This document shows, piece by piece, positions 47,090 to 56,586 of a stretch of DNA of 64,000 nucleotides (positions are counted from its first letter, which is position 1; each line of letters starts with the position of its first letter). The translations under genes and the position numbers were made by a program. The notes under the pieces were generated by a model. That model was given only the letters and a program-made list of their open reading frames with translations, had not been told where the DNA came from and searched no databases. Source of the DNA: Flavisolibacter sp. (GTDB taxonomy: Bacteria > Bacteroidota > Bacteroidia > Chitinophagales > Chitinophagaceae); assembly GCA_965247695.1 (NCBI GenBank), contig OZ252037.1, forward strand, positions 5,568,123 through 5,632,122. Reading direction: 5' to 3'.

Positions 47090-47596
47090 ATGAAAACATT
47101 GATACTTGTTCGTCATGCTAAAAGCGATTGGAGTCATGACGGCTTGGAAGATTGGGAGCGGCCACTGAACGACCGCGGCAAAAAGGATGCGCCGGAAATG
47201 GCGAAGCGCACCAAAGAACGCATTTCCAAAATTGACTTGATGGTAGCCTCTCATGCCAAGCGGGCCAAGAAAACAGCCAGGGCTTTTGCCGAGGAATACG
47301 GTTATGATAAAGAGGACATTCGCATTGAGTCGAAGCTTTACGAGGATGTGACAACAGCTTATGATGAAGTCATTCTTACGCTTCCCGATGATGCTGATGT
47401 GGTGGCTTTTTTTGCGCACAGTCCAACCATAGGCGACTTCGCAAACAGCCTGACGAATGTGCGTATTGACAGCATTCCAACTTGCGGGGTATTTGCTGTG
47501 CAGGCCGATGTGAAAAGTTGGAAAGCGTTTAAAGAAGCGGAAAAGGCTTTTTTGTTTTACGATTATCCAAAGAACCCGTTGGGAACAGCCGAATAA
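47090..47596 (+). CDS. sixA: SixA-like phosphohistidine phosphatase
   Basis: LVRHAKS, RPLNDRG, SHAKRA, AHSPT. Confidence 0.85.
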   Translation: MKTLILVRHAKSDWSHDGLEDWERPLNDRGKKDAPEMAKRTKERISKIDLMVASHAKRAKKTARAFAEEYGYDKEDIRIESKLYEDVTTAYDEVILTLPDDADVVAFFAHSPTIGDFANSLTNVRIDSIPTCGVFAVQADVKSWKAFKEAEKAFLFYDYPKNPLGTAE

Positions 47597-47722
47597 CGAA
47601 CAAGAAAGAATGAACATCGAACAGATGAACAAGGAATGATGAATGTCGAAGAGGACATCCGATGGCAGGGCATTTCCTTCATCATTCCCTGTTCTTTATT
47701 CGTCTGTTCGATGTTCATTTTC
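47597..47722. repeat. Paired inverted 7-nt-period arrays (GATGAAC / GTTCATC type)
   Basis: aatgaacatcgaacaga in the left arm has an exact 17-nt reverse complement (tctgttcgatgttcatt) in the right arm. Confidence 0.65.
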
Positions 47723-47743
47723 TCTTCGCCTTACATTCATGCT

Positions 47744-48181
47744 ATGAACGACGAAGACTTTATGCGGCAAGCCTTGCGGCAGGCGCAAACCGCTTTTGAT
47801 AAAGACGAAGTGCCGGTAGGTGCTGTGATTGTAATGAATGATAAAATCATTTCACGCGGCTATAATCAGGTAGAGCAGTTAGCTGATCCAACAGCCCATG
47901 CAGAGATCATTGCGTTGACATCGGCTTTCAATTATCTCGGCAGCAAATATCTTCCCGATGCCACCATCTACATTACCGTTGAACCTTGCCTTATGTGCGC
48001 CGGCGCTTTGTATTGGAGCAAGATCGGCCGCGTGGTGTATGGCGCCTCCGACCCTAAGAACGGCTATCTTCATATAACGAAAGATGTTTCTCCTTTTCAT
48101 CCAAAAACAGGCTTGGCGAACGGCGTTTTGCACGATGAATGTGCACAGTTGATGAAATCTTTCTTTCAACAAAAACGATAG
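47744..48181 (+). CDS. tadA: tRNA adenosine deaminase family
   Basis: EVPVGAVIV, TAHAEI, TVEPCLMCAGA; ATG 47744. Confidence 0.88.
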   Translation: MNDEDFMRQALRQAQTAFDKDEVPVGAVIVMNDKIISRGYNQVEQLADPTAHAEIIALTSAFNYLGSKYLPDATIYITVEPCLMCAGALYWSKIGRVVYGASDPKNGYLHITKDVSPFHPKTGLANGVLHDECAQLMKSFFQQKR

Positions 48182-48183
48182 TT

Positions 48184-48486
48184 ATGGCAGCAATCAAACC
48201 GCAAAAAGCCGAATGCCTGAACCCGAATACGGGCGGCCGCAAAAACATTGACAAAAACACATACGACCTATTCTCTAAAACCATTTACCACGTATTAAAA
48301 AAGGAAGGTGCCGTTACGTTCGCGCAATTAGTGGAAGGCATTGAAGATTGCTTTAGCCAACAGCACACAACCTTTGACGGTTCCATTGGTTGGTATGCCG
48401 TTACCGTGAAAAAAGACATGGAGGCAAGGGGCGTGGTAAATGCGTACATGGAAAAAGGAAAGAAGCTTCACCGGCTGAAAAAGTGA
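48184..48486 (+). CDS. Small conserved hypothetical protein (DUF6958-like)
   Basis: FDGSIGWYAVTVKKDMEARG motif. Confidence 0.7.
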   Translation: MAAIKPQKAECLNPNTGGRKNIDKNTYDLFSKTIYHVLKKEGAVTFAQLVEGIEDCFSQQHTTFDGSIGWYAVTVKKDMEARGVVNAYMEKGKKLHRLKK

Positions 48487-48525
48487 GGTGTTTATCTTAA
48501 ACCGGAGGCTGTCTTTACCCGGATG

Positions 48526-48533
48526 TAAATTTG
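48526..48533 (+). promoter_or_regulatory. -7 promoter box TAAATTTG of sodA
   Basis: TAnnTTTG ~45 nt before ATG 48579. Confidence 0.55.
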
Positions 48534-48578
48534 CAGCCAGGACGAATCATAATCTTCAACTTAAAATCTTCAACAGTT

Positions 48579-49181
48579 ATGGCCTTTACACTTCCCCCAT
48601 TACCGTATGCACCCGATGCATTAGAACCGCACATTGATGCGCAAACCATGACCATCCATCACGACAAGCACCACCAGGCTTACGTGGACAATTTAAACAA
48701 AGCCATTGCCGGTACCGAACACGAGAATAAATCCATCGAAGAATTGGTAAAGAACGCCGGAGCTATTTCTCCCGCTGTGCGCAACAATGGCGGCGGCCAT
48801 TGGAATCATACTTTCTTTTGGGAAATTCTTGGCGCCAACGGAGGACAACCGACCGGAAAGTTGGCCGATGCCATCAACAGCACCTTTGGTTCGCTGGATG
48901 CGCTGAAAGAAAAAGTAAATGCTGCCGGTACTACCCGTTTTGGTAGCGGATGGGCATGGCTGATTGTAAAAGACGGCAAGCTGGAAGTAAGCTCCACGCC
49001 CAACCAGGACAATCCCTTGATGGACGTAGCCGAAGTAAAAGGCACGCCCATCCTCGGCATTGACGTGTGGGAACACGCTTATTACCTCAAGTATCAAAAC
49101 AAACGCCCCGATTATTTAAAAGCCGTTTGGAGTGTGATTAACTGGAACAAGGTGGCGGAGCATTTTGACAAAGCGAAATAA
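48579..49181 (+). CDS. sodA: Fe/Mn superoxide dismutase (Mn-type signature residues)
   Basis: [36 protein letters not shown]. Confidence 0.92.
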   Translation: MAFTLPPLPYAPDALEPHIDAQTMTIHHDKHHQAYVDNLNKAIAGTEHENKSIEELVKNAGAISPAVRNNGGGHWNHTFFWEILGANGGQPTGKLADAINSTFGSLDALKEKVNAAGTTRFGSGWAWLIVKDGKLEVSSTPNQDNPLMDVAEVKGTPILGIDVWEHAYYLKYQNKRPDYLKAVWSVINWNKVAEHFDKAK

Positions 49182-49429
49182 GTCACGACACGGTATTCCT
49201 TTTAAACTCAATCACAACGTGTGATTGAGTTTTTCTTTTTGAAGCAAGGGCCGGGGCTACTCTGCAGCGACCCTTGCGTTCGCCAGCCGGCGAACCATTG
49301 TTCTTGCCGCTTTGGAGCAATGAGAAAAGCAAAGCAACAACCAACCATACCAGTAACAGAAGCGTCCTTTGCTATGATACCCGCAAAACTTTTTGCAAGC
49401 CTTTATATTTACACCACAAATTATTTTTT

Positions 49430-50104
49430 ATGAAAGCTCTTCTTTCCTTCCTCCTTCTTACAATCTGCGTTGCCGCATCGGCGCAATCGGTGGGCACTAC
49501 GGTAAAGTTTAATAAGATAGACCGTCCGGCCCTGATGCTTTATTTACCTTACAATGAAACAGTGGCAGAAGGCACCATTGTGAGCAAGCTGAAAGAAATC
49601 GGTTTTCAACCCGAAACCAAAGGCTCCCTGTTTTGGAAGCAGGACAAAACCGATGGCTTTTACATTTACAAGGGCGTGGTGTTGAAAGACACAACCAGCC
49701 AGAACCAGTTGGTGGACCTGTATTTTAAAATAGACCGCCGCGGCAACAAGCGCGACAACCAATCGGTGATTTACATGCTTACCAGTAAAGGCTCCGAAAA
49801 CTTTGTTACCTCTTTATCTGAACCGGCTACGTATGCATCCGCACAAAATTTTTTAAACGGTTTTGTAGCGCAAACGGCTACCTACAAACATGGCCTTGAC
49901 GTAACCGCACAAGAGGAAGTAGTAAAGAAAGCCGAGAAGAAATTGACTGACTTAATGAACGACGAACAAGACCTGAATAAAAAGATTGCCAAGCTGCAGG
50001 ATGACCTTGCGAAGAACAAACAGGCGCAGGCCAACCAGCAGGCGACGATTGAGGGAGAACGCAAAAGGCTGGAAGAATTAAAGGTGGCAAAGCCGGCGAT
50101 GTGA
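49430..50104 (+). CDS. Secreted hypothetical protein with C-terminal coiled coil
   Basis: Signal peptide MKALLSFLLLTICVAASAQ; heptad-rich C-terminus. Confidence 0.75.
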   Translation: MKALLSFLLLTICVAASAQSVGTTVKFNKIDRPALMLYLPYNETVAEGTIVSKLKEIGFQPETKGSLFWKQDKTDGFYIYKGVVLKDTTSQNQLVDLYFKIDRRGNKRDNQSVIYMLTSKGSENFVTSLSEPATYASAQNFLNGFVAQTATYKHGLDVTAQEEVVKKAEKKLTDLMNDEQDLNKKIAKLQDDLAKNKQAQANQQATIEGERKRLEELKVAKPAM

Positions 50105-50191
50105 TGGTAAAATTCACGTGGTCTTCGTTACTATTTCTATTTGAAAAATGGATTGCTTAAAACAAAAAGGCCATGCCAATTTGGATTAACT

Positions 50192-50794
50192 ATGAACTAT
50201 TGGAAGCATAGTTTGCTGTCAAAGAAAAAATTTGGTGGCATACCTGAAGACTATTTGACTCTTCATAAATTTCTTGATTCAAGCAAGCTATTCTATTACC
50301 ACACCAAGCATCGGTTGCTTTTGCATAATACATACGGTATCGATCTCTGTGTTCAAAAATTTGGAGTGACCTTATTGAACAGCGATAGCAAAACAATCTT
50401 GGTAAGAGATATAGCGGCCGAACATTGCAAAGAAGATTTATGTGGCGTGGTGCCCACGCTAAACAACTGGTTTAAATTCACTGACGCATCGCTTACGGAA
50501 CGCCTTCAACCCTTTCGATCTTGTAACATGGTTTTGGAAGAATTTGTTTTGAGGCCCTATGTCTTCTCCGGATTGTCCGCATCGTTATTGATTACTCAAA
50601 GCAATTTTGGAATTTATCTGGTAAAAGAATTTTTAGGGATAGATGCTGCAATGGAATTAGCTGAACACCTTGAGGGAAATAGTGTGAGCGAACTGCTACA
50701 GGCCGTATCGCTTCGCGAACGTTGGCAATATGCACCGTCGCCACAGCAATTGAAAGAATTAAAAGATGATGAGTTTTCTAACGAAGTTGCTTAA
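50192..50794 (+). CDS. DUF6915-like protein (His-rich, putative metal-dependent hydrolase)
   Basis: KHSLLSKKKFGG..EDY..LHKFLDSSK...KHRLLLHN..GI....KFG....NSD......R..A.EH..EDL matches the DUF6915 pattern as recalled. Confidence 0.7.
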   Translation: MNYWKHSLLSKKKFGGIPEDYLTLHKFLDSSKLFYYHTKHRLLLHNTYGIDLCVQKFGVTLLNSDSKTILVRDIAAEHCKEDLCGVVPTLNNWFKFTDASLTERLQPFRSCNMVLEEFVLRPYVFSGLSASLLITQSNFGIYLVKEFLGIDAAMELAEHLEGNSVSELLQAVSLRERWQYAPSPQQLKELKDDEFSNEVA

Positions 50795-50817
50795 CGTTTT
50801 AAAAAAAGAAAAAAACC

Positions 50818-51228
50818 ATGAACAACGACAACGACAACGACTGGCGCAAGCAAGAAGAAGATCGCAACAAACAATTTCTGGCAGAGGTGGAAAAATGGTT
50901 GGGCGAAATTGTAAGCAAACAAGTGGTCTTAAATTTTCACTGGGAAAGTGGCGGCGATGAAGCTTTTTTAACCTTAGAAAAATTTGATGAGAACGATGAA
51001 GGAAAAAAGCAAGATTTGGAAGAATATCTGATTTTAAAATTGGACATTCCAGATGCCGGTGAATTTGAAATGAAAGGTGAAGGAAAACTTTATTTTAAAG
51101 ACAGCGCAATATGGGCTGCCTATCAATCTGTGATTCGAATGGTCGAAGATTACGATGAAGAAAAAGAAGAAGAGATTTATGGTGAAGCCGAAGTAGAAAG
51201 TACCGATAAAAAACTTTTTGCGATTTAA
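50818..51228 (+). CDS. Acidic partner protein (DUF6878-like)
   Basis: Very acidic; WESGGDE motif resembles the GxGDSG motif recalled for DUF6878; 23 nt after the DUF6915-like gene. Confidence 0.5.
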   Translation: MNNDNDNDWRKQEEDRNKQFLAEVEKWLGEIVSKQVVLNFHWESGGDEAFLTLEKFDENDEGKKQDLEEYLILKLDIPDAGEFEMKGEGKLYFKDSAIWAAYQSVIRMVEDYDEEKEEEIYGEAEVESTDKKLFAI

Positions 51229-51249
51229 TCGGAAAGCATTTTAAATCCT

Positions 51250-52113
51250 TCACTCAAAATATTCCCACAACAGTTTCGACAACTTTCTCGTCAGCACCCA
51301 CGCTTCATTATTTGTTTCCCAACTTTGGTCTTTGTTGTTCTTAGTGCAGATGCAAAAGATGTAGCGGGCACCGCGGCCGTTTGCAAAAATTACTTCGCTG
51401 CGGCTGGCGTCCACCGCGCCGTTTTTGCTGGCTACAAAAACATCCGATGGTATTTGCAATACGCCTTCTTCGTCCCAATAATTACGGCCCAGCAAGCGAA
51501 GCATGTGTGAGCTACGTTCTTTATTGATAATGTCGCCGTTCACAATTCTTTCCATAATCGTCGCCATCTCCCGTGGCGAGGTTTGTCCCCAACCGTAAAT
51601 ACCACGGATGGCTTCGCGGCCCGGCGTTCTTGAATTGACTCTTGTTGCCGTAAAGCCCATGCTGTCCAATAACTGATTGATGCGCAAACCGCCACCGGCA
51701 AGGCTTTGCAGCCAAAGGCTGGCGGTATTGTCGCTGGTAGAAAGCATCAGCAGCAGAACTTTGCTCAATTCAATCTTCTCCTCATTCTTGAACGAACCGA
51801 GAATGTCCACACCGGCATAGAGCAAGGAATCTTTATAAACAAGAGGCTGATGATAGCTTAACTCGCCGCGGTTCATTTTGTGTTCAATGCCGATGAGGAT
51901 CGGAATCTTTACCATGCTGGCCGTCGGGAAAATCGTGTCGGCGTTTACGGCAACGGTCTTGCCGTTCTTGAGGTTCTTTACATAAACACCAACATCGCCG
52001 TTGAAGCCTTGCAGCAGTGCCTCTACTTCGCGTTGCAGCTTCTTGTCTCTCTTCTGCGCAGAGGCATTGGCGGCCAAAACAAAAAATGTCAACAGAACGA
52101 TTAACTTTCTCAT
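51250..52113 (-). CDS. Class A beta-lactamase-like serine hydrolase
   Basis: FPTASMVK (SxxK), STSDNTA (SDN), KNG; signal peptide. Antibiotic activity not established. Confidence 0.85.
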   Translation of the reverse strand: MRKLIVLLTFFVLAANASAQKRDKKLQREVEALLQGFNGDVGVYVKNLKNGKTVAVNADTIFPTASMVKIPILIGIEHKMNRGELSYHQPLVYKDSLLYAGVDILGSFKNEEKIELSKVLLLMLSTSDNTASLWLQSLAGGGLRINQLLDSMGFTATRVNSRTPGREAIRGIYGWGQTSPREMATIMERIVNGDIINKERSSHMLRLLGRNYWDEEGVLQIPSDVFVASKNGAVDASRSEVIFANGRGARYIFCICTKNNKDQSWETNNEAWVLTRKLSKLLWEYFE

Positions 52114-52214
52114 TGTGCTTTTTTCAATTGATTCTGCATTGCCGTAGATTGAAAATTTTATCCAGCCAACTTTTGCAGCCTTGCCTATTGCTCATTGCCC
52201 ATTGCCTATTGATC

Positions 52215-53552
52215 TCACACTCCTTTCGCTTTTGTTTTGCTGCTTGCCTTTGCGTTGTTCATCTGCATATAATCCGTCACCAGAAACAAAAAAGCTTTGA
52301 TGCCGGTTTTCAGTCCGCTTTCATCTATAAAAAAATCAGCCGTGTGGTGCGAAGGCGCTGTTTTGGGATCGCCGCCTTTAGGCATGCCACCAAGATTAAA
52401 AAACAAGGCCGGCACCTTCTCACCAAAGAACGAAAAATCTTCGGCGCCCATCTTGGCCGGAATCACTTTCACGTTAACCTCACCCGCCGCTTTTTGCAGC
52501 GATGGTAGCATCGTTGCCGTCAGTGTTTCGTTGTTAAACGTAACGGGATAGTGCGAAGAGTAAGGCGCTTCCACGGTAGCAGTCGCACCGGCCGCTTCTG
52601 CTGTTTTGGTGACGATGGTTTTAATGCGGCTGATTTGAAAATCTTCCTGCGCTTTGGAAAGCGAACGAATGGTGCCGAGCATGGTTACGTCTTCGGGAAT
52701 GATGTTGCTCCGCACACCGCCGTTGATGGCGCCGATGGTAACCACGCCGGCGTTTTCAGTAACGTCAAGGTTGCGGCTGATGATGGTTTGCAAGGCATTG
52801 ATGATTTGCGCCGAGGTTACAATCGGGTCCACAGAATCCCAGGGATAAGCGCCGTGTGCACCGCGGCCTTTTACCGTAATCTTCATGTCGGCTACGCCGG
52901 CATAAAAACCACCGGGGCGATAGGTTATTTTTCCGACTTCGGTTTGAGAGCTGATGTGCAAACCAAACATCACATCAACCTTTGGATTGTCGAGCACGCC
53001 TTCTTTAATCATCAGTTCCGCGCCGCCTTCTTCGCCTTTGGGCGAACCTTCTTCCGCCGGTTGAAAGACAAATTTTATCGTGCCGCTTAAATCGGCTTTC
53101 ATACCCGATAAAATTTCAGCTACGCTTAGCAACATGGCTACGTGTGTATCGTGGCCACAGGCATGCATCACGCCTACTTGCTGTCCGTTGTAATCAGCTT
53201 TTACGGCCGACTTAAAGGGTAAAGAATTTCGTTCCGTAACGGGCAGTGCATCCATGTCGGCACGAAGGCCAATAACAGGACCGGGCTTGCCGCCTTTTAA
53301 TATCCCAACCACGCCGGTATGCGCTACGCCTTCTTTTACCTCAATGCCTAAGGAACGAAGATGATCGGCAATGAGCTTTGCTGTTTTGAATTCGCGGTTG
53401 CCGAGTTCGGGGTTCTCGTGAAGCTGTCGTCGCCAGGCAATGCACTTGGGCTCCAGTTTGGAAGCGGCGGCTTCAATGGCCGCGCTGTAATCTTTTTGTG
53501 CCGATGCGTTAATGGCTATAAATGATAAAAACGGAAGCAAGGTTTTTCTCAC
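52215..53552 (-). CDS. M20D amidohydrolase/peptidase, secreted
   Basis: HENPELG, LRADMDALP, MHACGHD, FQPAEEG, AEDFSF, HHT; GTG 53552 preferred. Confidence 0.92.
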   Translation of the reverse strand: MRKTLLPFLSFIAINASAQKDYSAAIEAAASKLEPKCIAWRRQLHENPELGNREFKTAKLIADHLRSLGIEVKEGVAHTGVVGILKGGKPGPVIGLRADMDALPVTERNSLPFKSAVKADYNGQQVGVMHACGHDTHVAMLLSVAEILSGMKADLSGTIKFVFQPAEEGSPKGEEGGAELMIKEGVLDNPKVDVMFGLHISSQTEVGKITYRPGGFYAGVADMKITVKGRGAHGAYPWDSVDPIVTSAQIINALQTIISRNLDVTENAGVVTIGAINGGVRSNIIPEDVTMLGTIRSLSKAQEDFQISRIKTIVTKTAEAAGATATVEAPYSSHYPVTFNNETLTATMLPSLQKAAGEVNVKVIPAKMGAEDFSFFGEKVPALFFNLGGMPKGGDPKTAPSHHTADFFIDESGLKTGIKAFLFLVTDYMQMNNAKASSKTKAKGV

Positions 53553-53677
53553 GGCGAAATGTTTTTTGGAAGATAGCAAAGGCTTTGTGAACAGGGCGAA
53601 AGTTCTTTGCGAACAATGCAACGACACATCATACGTATTTTTTAAAAGACTACGTATATTTGTTGAAAACGAGTTTT

Positions 53678-53923
53678 ATGAAAACAAAGTTCACCTTGAG
53701 TATAGACCCGGATGTAATTGAGAAGGCAAAAGATTTTGGACGCAAACGCGGAAAAAGCGTAAGCCATATTGTGGAAGAACAACTAAAGTCACTCGTGGCC
53801 GGTGAAGAAAATGGTCACTCGCTGGTAAAGGCAATGAGCGGTGCGCTTAAAGGTAAAATATCTTCAGGCGTTACTGTAAAAGATGCAAAAGGGAAATACT
53901 TAAAGGCAAAGTATGGCCTATAA
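53678..53923 (+). CDS. DUF6364-like RHH antitoxin
   Basis: KTKFTLSID.DVIEKAK...K..GKSVSHIVE; TATATTTG -7 box at 53655-53662. Confidence 0.8.
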   Translation: MKTKFTLSIDPDVIEKAKDFGRKRGKSVSHIVEEQLKSLVAGEENGHSLVKAMSGALKGKISSGVTVKDAKGKYLKAKYGL

Positions 53924-54353
53924 AATTTTTATTGATACCAATGTATTCCTTGACGTGCTGATGCACCGCGGCGCTGATTGGCCCGATGCCGAATCATTGC
54001 TTCTGTTAGCCGAACAAAAACGATTGCATGCGTACACCTCTGCTTCCAATCTGCTAAACCTGATTTACGTACTCGGAACTGAAAAAACAACAAAGGCGGA
54101 AATCATCCGGCACAGCACGTCTATCCTTCGTTTTTGCACCTTGTCTAATCCTGATAATACCGCTTTTGAAATGGCACTCGGTTCTTCTTTCTCCGACCTT
54201 GAAGATGCCGTTCAGTATTTCACCGCGTTAGGCATTTCAGGCATTGATTATTTCATTACGTCCAACACAAAGGATTTTAAAAAGGCAGTAACCACTCTTC
54301 CTGTTATTACGCCAAAAGCGTTCATGCAGCTTTGGTCTTCAAGAAAACAATAG
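53913..54353 (+). CDS. PIN-domain toxin
   Basis: IFIDTNVFLD, FSDLEDAVQYFTA, ITSNTKDF; overlaps the antitoxin end. Confidence 0.9.
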   Translation: MAYKIFIDTNVFLDVLMHRGADWPDAESLLLLAEQKRLHAYTSASNLLNLIYVLGTEKTTKAEIIRHSTSILRFCTLSNPDNTAFEMALGSSFSDLEDAVQYFTALGISGIDYFITSNTKDFKKAVTTLPVITPKAFMQLWSSRKQ

Positions 54354-54453
54354 TCTTCCCTTGACTTTTATTCTTTACAAATTCTTTAACCACGCCTATT
54401 TGGAAACCGCATTCCGGCCATGATATATTCATAGCAAAATCCCCTCAAAATTT

Positions 54454-55323
54454 ATGGACTCCTCTGCTGACGGCGACAGTGATACTGCCACCGCCGTTGT
54501 AACTAAATCCTTGATGCTTTGCCTCCTCATTCTTCCTTTTTCTGTTTACAAAAGCCACCCAAGAACAACCAACATCTCCGCTGCGTTCGTAACGCAGAAA
54601 GCAGCGCCTGTTGCTTTAACCAAAAAAGCAGCGAAGAGCAGCGGCCGCAAAAAACTTTACGTAACGTTTGACGATGGCCCCAACCGCGGCACCCGCAATG
54701 TGTTTCGCATTGTGCAGGACGAAGGCGTGCCGGTTTCGTTTTTTATTGTGGGCGAACACGTGTTTGCTTCGCCATCGCAAAGCCGGATGTGGGACAGCCT
54801 GAAAATGGCGCAGCAGATTGAACTCTGCAACCACAGCTACAGCCATGCGCACTCACATTACGAACGCTATTATACAGAACCGGATTCAGTGGTGGCGGAC
54901 TTTAAACGAACGGCTGACAGCCTTAACTTCACTAACAACATCGGCCGTACGCCGGGCCGAAACATCTGGCGCATTGATACACTACAATTCACCGACTTAA
55001 AGAAAAGTGCCGCTGCGGCTGACTCTCTGCAAAAGGCCGGCTTTACATTAATGGGTTGGGACCTCGAATGGAGCTTCAACCACAAAAGCATGAGCGTGGA
55101 AACAACGGCCGAAGGCATGATCGCCCAAATTGATTCGGTGTTCAAGCACAACCGGACAAAGCGCAAAGACAACCTTGTTTTATTGGCCCACGATCAGGCG
55201 TATGTAAAGAGTGAAGACTCGTTTCAGTTGCGGCAATTTTTTCAATTGCTGAAGAAGAGCGATTATGAGTTGTCGCTGGCAAGTGATTATTTGGAAGAGG
55301 CGGATACAGCGAGACTGCAATAA
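54454..55323 (+). CDS. Polysaccharide deacetylase (NodB/CE4) family
   Basis: YVTFDDGP, NHSYSH, RTPG, LLAHD. Confidence 0.88.
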   Translation: MDSSADGDSDTATAVVTKSLMLCLLILPFSVYKSHPRTTNISAAFVTQKAAPVALTKKAAKSSGRKKLYVTFDDGPNRGTRNVFRIVQDEGVPVSFFIVGEHVFASPSQSRMWDSLKMAQQIELCNHSYSHAHSHYERYYTEPDSVVADFKRTADSLNFTNNIGRTPGRNIWRIDTLQFTDLKKSAAAADSLQKAGFTLMGWDLEWSFNHKSMSVETTAEGMIAQIDSVFKHNRTKRKDNLVLLAHDQAYVKSEDSFQLRQFFQLLKKSDYELSLASDYLEEADTARLQ

Positions 55324-55353
55324 ATAGTTGGCGGTTTACAGTTAACAACGAAG

Positions 55354-55475
55354 AACCACTAAGACACGAACCTGCCTGCCGGCAGGGACACGAAGATGCA
55401 CAAAGAGACGCCGTGCCTTTGTGTTCTAATTGCTCAATAGCAATAAGAATGTACTTGCCTACCGGCAGGCTTTAG
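55354..55475. repeat. ACACGAAG/CACAAAG array carrying the CCTGCCTGCCGGCAGG palindrome, plus a second GCCTACCGGCAGGC
   Basis: aaGACACGAA-cctgcctgccggcagg-GACACGAAg (55361-55395); ttgcctaccggcaggc at ~55456. Confidence 0.6.
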
Positions 55476-55485
55476 CAACAGGATA

Positions 55486-56586
55486 TTATTCCTCCAGCAA
55501 CTCCTGGCAACCGTACTCTTTCTCTAACAAGGTATCGTAGTAATCGGCTTTTTGAAACAAGTCGCGGAACATTTCGATGCCGGCGTCTTTGGTCATGTCC
55601 AGGTCGTACATGATGCAAGACAGCACGATGTTTTGCTTGAGGCAACTTAACACAAGGCCGTCGAGGGTAAAGTTTTCCTGCAATAAAAATTGATAGAGCG
55701 GTTTTATTTGTGTGGTGTCGGTAGGCAGGCCGCAGAGGTAGGCATCGCCGGCCACGAAAAAGTTTTCGGGATTATAGTTGATTTTGATTTTGGCGCCGCC
55801 TTCCTTTACGCTCCAATTGTTGTTGCCGTCACGGGCCAGCTTTACATCTTTGCCCAGTTCAGTTAAAATTTCTTCTACTGTTTTAGATACGCCTACCGGT
55901 TTTGCTTCTTTCTCCGGCGGCTGCGGAAGCTTTACTTCGGTGCCGCAATACGGACAGTACTTGGTGGCTTCAATGTTTGTGGCCAACACTAGATTGTTGC
56001 AACTGTGGCAGCGTGTGGAAGGCTGGCCTTTGTAAGGCAAATAGAGTTGCAAGGCTTCGCGAATGTAGCTCACCGGCAAGGCAAAACCCAAGTTATCGCC
56101 GCCCTTAATGATGAAGGAATTGATGCCAATGATTTCGCCTTTCTTATTCACCAGCGGTCCGCCGCTGTTACCGGGGTTGATGGCCGCGTCAATCTGAATG
56201 TATTTCACGCCGTCGCGTATCCGGTCCACTTTGGAAATAACGCCTTGCGTGGCGGTGTAGTTCAGGCCAAAAGGATGGCCGATGGCAACCACCACTTCGC
56301 CATCATTCACATCTTCGTACACACCCAGCCTTACTTCGGGCAACACCACATCGGTTGGCGCCTGCAAAAAAGCAAGGTCGTGTTTGCGGTCGGTGTACCA
56401 AACGCGGGCAATGCGTTTTTCAAACAGGCGTCCGGCAATGGTGACTTCGGCGTTCTTGCTCACCACGTGTTCGTTGGTTACAATGAGGTCGAATTCTTTT
56501 ATGTAAAAGCCGGTGCCGGTACTGCCTTGCGTGGCAAGCTGAATAATGGCGGGGCGGTAGAGTTCTATGATTTGTTGCGTTGTCAT
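55486..56586 (-). CDS. Trypsin-like serine protease + zinc ribbon + YbjN-like C-terminal domain
   Basis: TNEHV (H), HDLA (D), GNSGGP (S); CHSC...CPYC; C-terminal domain ending ADYYDTLL...YG; no signal peptide or PDZ. Confidence 0.85.
   Translation of the reverse strand: MTTQQIIELYRPAIIQLATQGSTGTGFYIKEFDLIVTNEHVVSKNAEVTIAGRLFEKRIARVWYTDRKHDLAFLQAPTDVVLPEVRLGVYEDVNDGEVVVAIGHPFGLNYTATQGVISKVDRIRDGVKYIQIDAAINPGNSGGPLVNKKGEIIGINSFIIKGGDNLGFALPVSYIREALQLYLPYKGQPSTRCHSCNNLVLATNIEATKYCPYCGTEVKLPQPPEKEAKPVGVSKTVEEILTELGKDVKLARDGNNNWSVKEGGAKIKINYNPENFFVAGDAYLCGLPTDTTQIKPLYQFLLQENFTLDGLVLSCLKQNIVLSCIMYDLDMTKDAGIEMFRDLFQKADYYDTLLEKEYGCQELLEE

Noticed and set aside
47636-47743. 36-aa hydrophobic N-terminal extension of tadA
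   Set aside because: Encoded by the heptad repeat arm; ATG 47744 gives a normal TadA length
37462-52113. Two beta-lactamase-like genes as resistance determinants
   Set aside because: SxxK serine hydrolases of this kind are widespread in Bacteroidota; motifs alone do not show antibiotic hydrolysis
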